A DNA stretch of 60,815 nucleotides, counting the filler, from Jimgerdemannia flammicorona (lineage: Eukaryota), in assembly GCA_003990765.1 (NCBI GenBank). It is 3 parts of 3 records of this genome, joined end to end, with 100 filler letters (N's around TTAATTAATTAA, not from the genome) between each part and the next. Parts side by side here need not be neighbours in the genome. Positions count along the whole stretch, not along the records: positions 20,313 to 40,515 come from RBNJ01001736.1; 2 more parts are not named here. One strand, given 5' to 3'. Positions 25,801-37,693 of the stretch are shown here, piece by piece; positions within the stretch are counted from its first letter, which is position 1, and each line of letters begins with the position of its first letter. The notes under the pieces were generated by a model. That model was not told the DNA's origin and made no database searches. It was given only the letters and a program-made list of their open reading frames with translations. A program made the position numbers and the translations under genes.

Positions 25801-28800
25801 AATGGGCAGAAGATGCCACCAACTTCATGGAAGCCCTAGACCCTACAGGAAGAGGAATCAACTATCTCCAAGACTCCTCTACTGGAGCCAGATGGCCACA
25901 CCTCAACCTTAGAACTTGGAGGCTCTCTGCTAGTGGAGCTTCAGCCTTAGGAAAGCCTGAAATCAGCAAGGATATTGTCCAGTATGCCCTGCTGCATCCC
26001 AAGGCCAAACCCCCGACCAAAGCCCACCCAGAGGACATAGGATATGATCTTCACAGTCTGGAGAATGAATCTATCAAGCCTGGAAAAACCTTCATGATCA
26101 GAACTGGATTAGCAATACAACCACCCCAAGGAGCTTACATCCAATTGACCTCAAGGTCTGGACTTGCCAGATAAGGAATAACTGTAGAAGGAGGAACTAT
26201 TGACCCAGGATATACAGGCGAAATCAAGGTTATCTTACACAATAGCAGTGCAGAATGGCACTGAATCATTAGAGGACAGAAGATTGCCCAAGCAGTCTTC
26301 ATGAAGGTCAAGACCCCACAATTACAAGAAGTCTCTGAATTGACTGAAGGGACAAGACAAGCCAAAGGATTTGGAAGCTCAGACAAAAAGGAAGTATATC
26401 TCCTTCAAGTCAGCCACCTCAAGAGGAATGTTCCCCTGCAAGTATACCACCAACCAGGTAAGCTACACAAGAATCTCATCCTGGAGCCTGGAGAACAAAC
26501 TACCTTCAAAATCTTTGCACCACCCAACCCCAGAAACATTTTCTTCAAACCCAAGGAAGATATCCCACACCTGGACATAGAGGGACATACATTCTTTGAC
26601 AAGATGAATCCAGTACACTCCCGAGCAACCAACCAAAGTTGGGAGACCATCATCTTGCCAAAAAGAACCATTATAGGACATCTGGTGCCTTTTCTCAACT
26701 GAACTCATAGGGAAGTTTATGAACTAAACCTATTGGGAAACAGCAAAAGGTCTCAGAAGAAAGGAAAGGCCCCTCTGTGACCCAGGAGACAGTGAAGCCT
26801 TCCACCAATATTGGAGAAGAATTGACACCTCAACAACAGCAACAACTACTAGAATTTCTCAACAAATATCAAGATATCTTCACCACTGATTATGGCAACC
26901 TGTCATACAACCCATCATATCACCACAGCATAAATTCAGGAAATGCAATACCCATCTGGCAGAAACTCTATAGAATACCCCATCACTTGAAAACATTCAA
27001 AAAGGAGCACATTTAAGAACTCTTAGACAATGGAGTCATCCGACCCTCTACTAGCCCCTGGGCCAGCCCTATACTTATTACAACCAAAGAAAGGAGGATG
27101 GAGACTTTGTGTGGATTACAGGAAACTCAATTCAGTCACTGAAAAGGATACCTATCCTTTGCCCAAATTGATGACCTTCTGGATCAGTTACAAGATGCCA
27201 GATACTTTAGCAGTATGGACCTCTTTGCAGAATTTCATGAGATTTCCATAGACCCTAAGGACATTCAAAAAACAGCCTTCCTTGCTCTAGAAAAACTGTT
27301 TGAGTACCTTCAAATACCCTTTGGACTTTCCAATGCACCCCCCACCTTCCAGAGGATGATGAATTCAGTCTATGCCCCCTTGATCCACTACTGCCTGATT
27401 GCATTCATGGACAATTCCAACATCTATTCAGTAAATTTTGAAGAACACCTGCACCACCTAGAGGAATTCTTCAAACTCACCCACAAGAACTACTTGAGAT
27501 TAAATGCAAAGAAATGCTACTTTGGGAAACAGAAACTTGAATTCCTTAGATTCATAGTTTCAAAAGAAGGAACCCATACAGACCCAAAGAAAACCAAGAA
27601 GATCAACAATTGGCCAGTACCCAAGACCCTGAAGGAAATACTATCATTCCTGATGCTAGTATCCTACTATAGAAGGTTTATCGAGAACTTTGCCCAAATT
27701 GCTGCCCCAATCCAAATCCTTCTCAAAAAAGGAGTACCATTCAAATGGACAGAATCATAAGAAAAAGTCTTCAAAGAACTCAAGAACTGCATAACTACAG
27801 TACCAGTCCTTGTATGCCCCAATCTACAGAAGCCATTCATCTTGTATACAGATGCTTCTAAAGATGGCCTCAGAGCAGTTCTAGTTCAAGAAGGACCCAA
27901 TCAACAGCATCATGTAATAGTTTATGCAAGCAGAGCTACCAATCAGCAGCAGAAGAACTATGGTAGCACCAAACTGGAATATCTTGCAGTTATATGGGTG
28001 GTTACTCTGTTCAAGCATTACCTCATTGGAAAAAGGTTCACCCTGATCACAGACCATGCAGCTCTCAAATAGCTATTCAACCACAAGGAACTCACTGGAA
28101 TCCTAGCCTGCTTGATTCTTATCCTTCAGGATTACAAAATCACCATCATCCACAAAGCAGGGAAAGCTCACAACAATATTGATATACTTTTCTGCCAGCC
28201 CCAATGAACCAGAAGAAGGGTGTTCCAAGGAACTACACTCTAAAGGAAGCTCCTCAGACCATCAAGGCACAAGAGATCTTATCTGAAAAGAACATCAGAA
28301 AGCCCACCAAGGACAGGCAAATGTAGAAGAGAAGCTGCGAACAACACACCAACATTGGCCCAAACTTAGAACATAAGTCTGGGACATACTCAAGAAATGT
28401 GACATCTGGCAGAAGTACCAAGGAAGGAAGAACTATCATGCACCACTGCAACCAATCACACCACCAGACAACATCTTTCAGAGATGGGGAATAGATGTAA
28501 TTGGACCTCTACCAGTTATACTAAGAAGAAACAAATATATCCTTATATTTGTAGAACATCTGACCAAGTGGCCAAAGGCTTTTCTAATGGAAATTGCAGA
28601 TGCTCTAACCATTGTAGGTCTTCTCCATGGATCACACTCAGATATGAATCCACAGAAGAACTCATCTCTGAGTGAGGCACAGAATTCATCAACAATATAA
28701 TTACAAGTTATACCTGAATTCACAAGATCCACCTCAAACAGACCACATCATATTACTCTCAGACCAATGGCATAACAGAAAGAATGAACCAGACCATCAA

Positions 28801-29269
28801 GAAAGAACTTACCTGAGTCAATCCTACTAATCAGGACCTCTACTTACCCAAGATCCTATGGGAAATTCAGAACACCCCTGCTACCTCCACCAGACAAAAG
28901 CCATTCGAAATGATGTTTGCCAAGAAGAACAGAATTTCTGACCATGAGAATCTTGGAGATCTCCTCAAGAAGGTAGAACAGTTATGTAATCAAGCCTGAG
29001 GTCAGATTATCAAAGCCCAAAAAAGACAAAAGAAGTATTATAATCAGAAACAGAAGGATCAGGTGATCAAGATTGGAGATCAAGTACTAGTTTGGAGAAG
29101 CATGATTGAAACAAATTTTGCCACCAAATTGGAACCTAAATGGGAAGGACCTTATCTTGTACATAACATCAGAGGAACTAGCATCTATTTAAGAAACATG
29201 GATGGATGAACCCTGAGAACACCAGTATACATCAATCATCTCAAACTATATCTTCCCTCTACACTATGA
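22813..29269 (+). pseudogene. gag-pol of Gypsy C, degraded
   Basis: PTFAGYPEEDPREFL (Gag); LTDTGAAV ~24367 (PR); GYDL, RSGLA, IDPGYTGEI, IAQ and GFGSS (dUTPase ~25975-26385); [11 protein letters not shown] and PFGLSNAP (RT); YTDASKDGL (RH); TNG..ERMN and WEGPY (INT). Confidence 0.92.
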
Positions 29270-29777
29270 GCCAAAGGGTTGATCAGTACCTCCAGACATT
29301 GGTCCTCAGCTCCTTCTAGGCCCTACCAGTTCCTCTACCCTAATTCAGCCAAGCTAATGGAAACTCCCTTCAGAAGATTCATGTTTACCAAGAAAATCTC
29401 ACCCTGACCAGATGCCTACTACAAGTCCACCAACTGCAGGTCTATTATGCAATTGGTGAACAATTGCAGAACCTTCCAGCCCCAGAGCAGACCTACATCA
29501 GGAACACCACAGGTCTGACCAGAAGAGACACTACTGCTGCAGACAACTGTATACCATTTACAAATGAAATGTCACAGCCCTGACACAGGCACAGTTCTCC
29601 CTGAATGACATTCAAGAAATGAACCCTATTACCTATTTGAGCCTCATCAATTCTGTCAAAATTCTATTCCCTTAAGAAGAAGAGTCTATAGAATAGAGTG
29701 ACCCTGGTACAGACAATGAAGATGATGGAACAGGTATAGATGCAGAAGCAGCTTATACTTATTGGGGTAATGACTGA
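29266..29777 (+). pseudogene. Accessory ORF between integrase and 3' LTR of Gypsy C (~170 codons)
   Basis: ATG overlaps the integrase TGA (ATGA). MSQRVDQYLQ...QVYYAIGEQL...RRDTTA/ARQLYTIY...YWGND* needs one 1-nt frameshift at ~29540; stops are transition-type. Confidence 0.7.
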
Positions 29778-29816
29778 AGAACAGCCTGGGACAGACTATC
29801 CTTCAGTTGGGGCTGA

Positions 29817-31178
29817 TGTAACAAACCAAAACATACCACCCGAATTATAACTTAGCCAGATGATGTGAACAATTAGCATACTTAACCAGATGATATAGAC
29901 TTACAGCATGACATGACTTTCAGTATATCATAGTTACTCATGCCTGCCATACTTATAATTAGCCAGACATACCAGAAAGGGTCTGTTTACCCATACTGAC
30001 TCTGTACACTGTACAGATCCTATACACCATACAGACTCTATATACATACCTGCTATAAGTAGTTAGCCACATAGCAACCAGATAGTAATCACAATGTATA
30101 AATTACCCCAGAGACAAGAGTGAATAAACCTCAGTCCAAATGGAAGTACAAATCAAAGAAGCCTCTAAAGATTGAGCATTGGTCACCTTATTCCCACTCC
30201 AGTCTACTTTCCAATACAAAGCTTGAAGATTTTGCCACCAAGTTTGAGTGAAGAACTTTGCCACCTTTGGAATTATTGGTATGCTTGCCAGACTAAGTCT
30301 GAAGAATCCAAGTTTGCTGCCAAAAGTTCTAGGAAGAACTTTGCTACCATTTTCAAGAAGTCTGCTGATTCTGGAGAATCTGCATCATTCACCATTTTCA
30401 AGTTATTCACTATATCCCCAGAAAGTCACCTTGCTCAAGCCAGTTTCTGACATAACTTCACAGTGATCCATTCACACAAATGAAGCCAGTCTCTGATGAA
30501 ACTTTGCCAAGAGTTCCTTTCCAGAAAGCCACCAGCACATTTCCCAGCCACTGATTTAAGAAGAATCTGTACCATAGTATTCCCAATTGAAGCTGCTGAT
30601 TCAGAAGAATCTGCACCACCTGAATATTATTCCCAGAAGAGCCTGATTCATGATATCTGAGTTGTTTATTCCTAGTGAGCCCAGTATAGAAGAACTCACC
30701 ACCAGTATAATTCCCAGTAAGAAGAATCTGTGATATTCAAGAACCCAGCCAATTTAGGAGAATCTGTACCAAATTGAGTTATCTGTCAGATTGCCAGATT
30801 GCACCACATAAGGAATCCACTCATGCTACATCAGATTGTCATGCAGAGATCATTGCGCTATACATTGATTATTATGCAGAAATTACATACTTTTGGAGAT
30901 CATCACACTACACATAAAATTCTACCAATTCCCAGATTAACCCAAGAAAGAAACCCATTCATACAAATCATCACTATACTCAGTGAACTATCTCAATCAG
31001 GAAATCAACATACAAATCACTCACAGATATCCAGTTTTGACTATTATACCACTAAATACCAAGGACCTCAGAAATCTTAGAACATTTTATTGCTTTTTGA
31101 CAAAGTAACTAGGGGCTCAAGCCAAACTACATCAACCCCCAATCTTGTAATTTGCTCCATTGAGCCAGGTACATTACA
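29817..31178 (+). repeat. 3' LTR of Gypsy C (1362 bp)
   Basis: TGTAAC...ATTACA, direct repeat of 20798-22254. Confidence 0.95.
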
Positions 31179-31443
31179 ATATATAGAGTTCTTACTTATA
31201 GTGGCTATCACTAAAGCTACATTTCTCAAGGCTCAGCCAATTATCCAAGTCAAGCTGCTGCCTTCTTGGGCACAGCCCTCTCTTGTACAAACAGAAGGAT
31301 CAGTAAGATATGACCCCTGTCTCTTCTACCAGGCAATGATCTGCCCCAGGACTACTAGGACCTTTGACCTTCAAATTATACTTACTATATCACTTAGACA
31401 TTATGGATAACTAATAATGAGATCATCTTTAGTAACCAAAGGA

Positions 31444-31933
31444 TAGTGTTCCCAATGAATTGAATTGAATCGAATTGGACCCAAATTAAATTCAATTCGA
31501 AAACTTCGAATCAAATTGAGACCCAATTCGATTCAAATCAATTTGAATTGAGGTCCAATTCGATTTGAGGTCCAATTTGAACTCTATTTTTAGAAATTAA
31601 ATAGCTCGATGAATACACATCCAAATTCAATGATCCGTAGCTTGCGAGATTCCTATTATATAGGGGAATCTAAAATGCTAAAGATCATTAAATTTGGACA
31701 TGTATTCGTCGAGTTATTACATTTCTAAAAATAGGTTTCAAATCAGACCCTCAATTTTATTTGAATTCGATTCAATTCAAACTCAATTTGATTTGAATTC
31801 GATTCAATTCAAACTCAATTTGAATTGAAAAATCCCCAATTTGATTTGATTTGAATGACCCTCAATTTGATTTAATTTGAATGACCCTCAATTTGATTTG
31901 ATTTGAATTGATTCAATTTGTTTGGGAGCACTA
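31444..31933. mobile_element. Non-autonomous hAT-type MITE (490 bp) inserted in the Gypsy D dUTPase
   Basis: TIRs TAGTGTTCCCAA / TTGGGAGCACTA; 8-bp TSD CCAAAGGA (31436-31443) / TCAAAGAA (31934-31941); subterminal GAATT/TTCGA-type short repeats. Confidence 0.85.
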
Positions 31934-34900
31934 TCAAAGAAATTACAGTAGAAGATAGAATCATTGATCATGACTATTGAGGTTTACTGAAGGTCATTAT
32001 TCATAACAATAGTAGGAGCTACTGAACCTTCAACCCTTGGAGGCTATCTGTCAAATTCTGTTCATCAAGACATTACAGCCTACCATTCCAGAGGTGAATC
32101 AACTAGATAGCACTAAGTGAGAACAAGGAGGTTTTGGAAGCACTAACAGGACTTCTTAACTACCACTCATTGCAGTCTACTTAGTAATAGTAGTTTAGTT
32201 CCACTAAATGAGACTACATATCTACTGCTCTATTTGAGCAAAAAAAGATATCCTCCTTTAATGATATCAACAAAGAAGCCTTAATATATATCTACCTACC
32301 TATAGATACAAATAATCTGATATTTGAACCATCAATAGAACTCTAAAAGAAGTATTATCTCCTCCTGGCTGAAGAATAAATCCTTAATTAAATATCATCA
32401 GTCCATATTCCAATTTGAAACCTAAGATTTAAAGTAGTAATAATTTCTAAAGAAACAGTAATGGGATATTTCAAACTACTAATAAACTTCTATGAGGAAG
32501 AAGTTTTGAATTTTTGGGAAATAGCAAGCTCTCTCTGGTAAAACTGATCATACTAGGAGTGAAGACTCAGCAATCAAAGCTATCAATATTGAGACAACTC
32601 TAACCAAGGATTAGTAATATCAGATACAGAAGTTGATAGAAGAATATAAAGATATATTTACTATCACATATAATAACTTTCCACTATATAAATATGGATA
32701 ATATGCTATATATACAGAAGATGTAAAACCAATCTAACAGTATCCTTACCAAACACTCTATAGATGAAATACTATAAAATAGAGTTATCAGACCCACATT
32801 AAGTCTCTGGGCTTCACCAGCAATCATAGTACCAAAGAAAGAAGGATGGGGACTAGTTGTAGACTTTAGAAAACTCAACAAGATTACTACAGAAGATGTC
32901 TATCCACTGATAAGAATTGATGACCTTCTCAATGTCTTTGATAAAGCCAAGTATATGACTACTACTGATCAGTTTCAAGGATTCCATATAATATCTATTA
33001 TCAAGAATGATATCTACAAGACAGCCTTCTTTATCAGATAAGGACAGTATGAATACCTCTGAATGCCATTTGAACTCTGCAATGCATCATCCTCATTCTA
33101 GTAAATGATGAATTATATCTACCAGACCTTATTGGAAGAAATGTGCTAGAGTATATAGATGATAAAATTATCTACTTTGAGATATATTAACAATACCTAT
33201 GAGACCTCTATAAAGTATTTGATACTATCTAAAATTCAGAACTCCAACTCAATATTAAGAAGTACTTCTTTGGAATACACTAAGTTAAATATCTGAGAAA
33301 TATGGTTTCAGCTCAAGAAATCCATATTGACTCATATAAGATAAAGAAAGTCAAGAATTATCCAACCCCTATCTCTATACTAAAAGGCCTATCTTTTCTC
33401 ATATTATCATCTTACTATTAGTGATTCATCACAAGATTTTCAGACAAGGCAGCTCCACTACATGATATTTCTAAAAAAGATCAACTATTTTACTAGAAGA
33501 AAGAATAGCAGAAGTCATTTGACCTTCTCAAGAAGGCCCTTACTGAAGCTTCTATTTTAGTGTGATCAGATTTTGACAAACCATTCATCTTGGCAACCAA
33601 TGTCTCTGCCCTTGGACTTGGATTAATCCTATCTCAGCTAGATGACCAGAAGAAAGAGCATATCATTAAGTAGGCTAGTAAGGCCACCAATGAGATATAA
33701 GCAAACTATGGAGCTACTAAGCTGGAATGTCTTGCAGTAGTATGAGCTATCGACCACTTTAGATACTACTTCTTAAAAAAGAGATTTATCCTTATCACTA
33801 ATCACCAAGCTCTACAATATTTGTTCAACAAACCAGAGCCCTCAGGAATCTTAATCAGATAGATCATGTCTCTGTAAGAATACTAGTTTACTATTATCTA
33901 TAAGAAAGGTGTCAAGAATTCTAATATTGATACTCTGTTAAGGATCCCAAGAACTCAACAAAAAGAAAAAGAGCCAGTACAAGAGAAGGCTACTTCTTAC
34001 TTATCTAAATAAACTAAGAACTGCACCTCACCCTCACCTAGAGCCTGTATTACAGGAGCTTCAAAAATAGAATTCAGCCAGCTCACAAGCTGTTTATTCA
34101 AGAAATTTCAAAAGGCAATAGTGAACTTTGGAGAGTAGAGAGTGATCAATATATCTGAGTTCCAAAAGAAAATGAAATACTAAAGATACTTATAACTAGC
34201 CATGATCAGAATATATACTGAGGAATTGGGGCAACTATTATAAGTATCAAGAAGAGATACTAATGCCCCAAAATGAGAAAACAATTTTCAATATATATTT
34301 AACAATATGATATCTATCAAAGATACTAATAGAAACCAACTATAAAGTACTATTAATACTAATCACAGTACTAGCTAGAGTCTTTCAAAGTCTATAAATA
34401 GACATTATTGATCCTTTATCAGTAATTAGTCAAGAAAGACACTATATCCTCACCATTGAAGATTATCTGACAAACTGGTCTAAAGTCTTTACCATTTTGA
34501 TTACTGATGCTCAGACAATCATTGAGATCTTATATGATAAAATTTTCAGCTGCCATAGTATCTCCAAGGAAGTCATCACTGACCAAGACTGTGAATTTAT
34601 CAACAAAGTCATGAAGACCTTTTAAGATCAAACTGTATCTATCAATAGCCTATTATCTATAAGTAAATAGACTTATTAAACAAATAAACTAGACTATCAA
34701 GCAAGGCCTCAGCAAAACTAGAGTTCAATTAAATGGGGAAATTTATCTTTCAGCAATTCTATTCAGTATCTGTACTTCAAAAGCAACCACTATCCAACAG
34801 ACCTCTTTCTATTTAGTATATAGCTAAGAAGCACAAGACTTTACTGAACCAATCTAGCTAAATTTCACAAAGCAAGTTACTGAAGAAATCACCCAGTTAT

Positions 34901-35803
34901 ACAATGTATGCCAATAAGTATGAGAATTTATTGCTAATATATAAGAATAATAAAAGAAACTATAAATGAAAAGCTGACTTTGAACCCCTGCTTAATGAAC
35001 AACAAGTCTTAGTATACTATACTATTATAATAGATAACTAGAGTGCCAAACTTGAACAAAATTGAGAAGAACTCTATCTAATATATTAAAGATTTATAAA
35101 CTACACTTACTAACTCAAGACCCTGGATAGAGTTATTCTCAAGACCAAGATATATTGCAACTATATAAGATCTTATTACTTAGTAGAAGAAAAATGCATT
35201 TAAACAACTCTATTCACTCTAGCTATGTTATCTCTATTAAAGAATGACAGATACTTTATCTGAAACTCAAAAAGCCAACAATGTTAGAACTATTCTCAAG
35301 TTTATCTATATAATAGATATTGCTATTAGAAATTGCCTCAGATTATAAAAATTACTATTTCTAATAGATTCAACCCCCCAGCCATAACAATGAGAGCCCT
35401 TGTCCTAGACAAGAATAACCAGTCCTCACAAATATACCAATAGTCTAAAAAAAAAGAACTAAGACCTACTATTCTTGTATAACTACTACTATCAAGGATT
35501 GCTCTAATTTTGGAAAGAGTGGATGTAATGACATCTTCAAAACCAGTGAAATCAGAATTCAGAAGACTGTCTTTACTTTATAAGCTACTAGTTATAAATT
35601 ATAACTCAATTATAACTCATTTTAATCATAAGATGATCTGCATCTGAACTCTAATGACTCAGGATGACTTTAGCAGTATACTACTACTAGTCAGATAACT
35701 CTACTCTCTGGACTAAAGCAGAAGATCATCAAGATATAAAAGAATCATTAAGAGAAAAAGTGCAAAACATCAACCACAAATAAGAGACTTACTACAAAAT
35801 AAA

Positions 35804-35963
35804 ATATCTGCTATCTACTGAACAGTAATGTCAAGGAGCCATATTAGTTCAAGAACAAATATTCACTAATCTCAAGAGGGCAATAAGGCTGTATATAAGG
35901 ACTCCTAGTCTGAAGCTCTATATAAGAGACCCCTATTACTATATTCTTAACTACCAACTGGAA
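35804..35963 (+). pseudogene. 5' part of the LTR-encoded accessory ORF in the Gypsy D LTR
   Basis: (ATA)SAIY*TVMSRSH/VQEQIFTNLKRAIRLYIRTPSLKLYIRDPYYYILNYQLE aligns with family A MPAICQTSRSRNH..VKERIFQDIRRAMRTHSRRTPSINLGTADPYHFILYCHEME. Truncated at the chromovirus LTR. Confidence 0.75.
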
Positions 35964-36619
35964 GGGTTTCTGGAAGTTTTAAATACTCTGGAAGACTGTT
36001 TCCTTTAAGGTCAAGATAAATTTCATATGGAGTATATTCTCTATACTTATTGATTTCAAGATTAGATTGATGTCTCAATTAAAGTCTTTTTTTGACCTAG
36101 TTCTGGATGTTCAGGAGTTTCTATATTTCAGAAAGTTTAAGAAACTAAGACTAGCTTAGTTGAATTGGCATATTGCTGCAGACAATATCCATTAGAAAAT
36201 TTTATAATTTAGTTAGAAGTGGGATCTAATGGGGTATAGATTTACTTAAGAGTGATTTGGGGGTTATGAAATAGGTTTTTTTACTATTTATGATATTACT
36301 ATACTAGGAGTAGTGTATGAAAAGATATTGTGGAGAAGTGTTTAGGAATCTGGGCTATCTTGTGTGTTCAAGTCTGTTTGAGTCTATTTAAGTCTAAGTT
36401 TCTGAGGTCTGGTGGAGTGAGTATTTATACTAATGAGAGGCTATCTGGACTATACTAAATATGGAAGTAGCACTTAGTGCTTTGCTGAGTTAGAATATAG
36501 TTATGTAATATAAGTGTGAACTAATATATCAAGAGACTGTCTGACTTCTGAGTCTGTATGCAGTTATATTATACAAGACTAATCTAACTATACTAATAAC
36601 TGCTAAGCTATCTATAGAT

Positions 36620-37693
36620 TTAGATACTATCTGGATATTCTACAATGAGGTCACCATTGATGATATCATCTCTAATGAAGTAGTCATCTAAGAAGAGTAG
36701 TTCTTGAATTATATCTCTTTATTTATTTATATAATAGTATGTTGGAACTATATCACTATCCTATAGAATAGTGTCATTTGTCTCATATGCTGAGTAGGGT
36801 ATCAGTTGGTGAAGGAGGGGTATATTATCTTTACTTTCATTGAATTTGCTATTTGTATACCTTCTATAGATAATGATACAATTAGTTGCAGAGTTGTAGT
36901 AGTCTGGCAGCTATGGTTCATTTCATTTATACTCAGAAGGTGGAGTTGTCAGTTCAATTTTGAGGGTTGTCTGGAGGTATAGGTTGTGTTCTCTAGACTC
37001 TTTATTGTAATTGAAGTAATTGGGTGTGAATGTAGATTGGTACTCATACTAGTGGTCATTATTCTAATAGATCTCATAGGTGATTATAAACTATTGTAAG
37101 GTCATTGATAAGGTCAGCAGAGCAATTAGGGCTAGCGGGGATTCTTGGCCAGAGATCATATTGGTATAAGAGAGATCAAACTAGATTATTTTGTAGATTT
37201 CCTTTATAGCATATCTAACTTGGGGCAATGGTAGAATATAGTTATTGAGATAGGAGGAAGATCTATCTGTGGTTTGAATATACTCAATATACTTGTGGTT
37301 AAGTTCTTATATCATACTATCAATTTGGCTATAAGATAGAGTGGTAACAATTTTAGTAGTAGTAACTCAGAGGTAGAAAATAAAGGTACTGTACTTATAA
37401 AAGAGTTCTCAGTATTTGCAAGTGATGAGATTCTAGTGTTGAGACATCTGGGTAACATCTGTATTATAGTGGCATTTAACCATATCTTCTAGAAGGCAGC
37501 TGATATGGTAGTAGCTTGAGATTTGTCCAATTTGGTAAACTTTGCTAAGCATGTTCAATGTATTCCATTGGACCTTTATGAAGTAGAGAGATATCAGGCT
37601 ATAGATATTTATAAGAGGTAGGAGAGGTGTGGCCTGGTTGATAATGGTATTCCAAATATCAGTGTGGATATAGTTGTAGATCTCAGTAGTCAT
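36620..37693 (-). pseudogene. Second copy of the family B LTR-encoded ORF
   Basis: MTTEIYNYIHTDIWNTIINQATPLLPL...QIGQISSYYHISCLLEDMV matches 3472-4569 and supplies W and Q where the other copy has stops. Confidence 0.75.

Larger units (their letters stand above)
20798..31178 (+). mobile_element. Full-length Ty3/Gypsy (family C, tRNA-Pro primed, dUTPase-bearing, extra 3' ORF), inactivated
   Basis: LTRs 20798-22254 and 29817-31178; 4-bp TSD ATAT (20794-20797, 31179-31182); gag-PR-dUT-RT-RH-INT motifs. Confidence 0.95.
31183..35963 (+). mobile_element. Gypsy D, right part (dUTPase, RT, RH, INT, PPT, start of 3' LTR), older and more mutated
   Basis: RSSLVTKG|ITVE..IIDHDY*G and GGFGST (dUT); SLWASPAIIVPKK, VDFRKLN, MPFELCNA and YIDD (RT); PPT GGAAAGAGTGGA before the LTR start TGTAAT at 35524. 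Confidence 0.88.

Noticed and set aside
29266..29777. Accessory ORF as env
   Set aside because: Too short, with no signal peptide, furin site or transmembrane segment visible.
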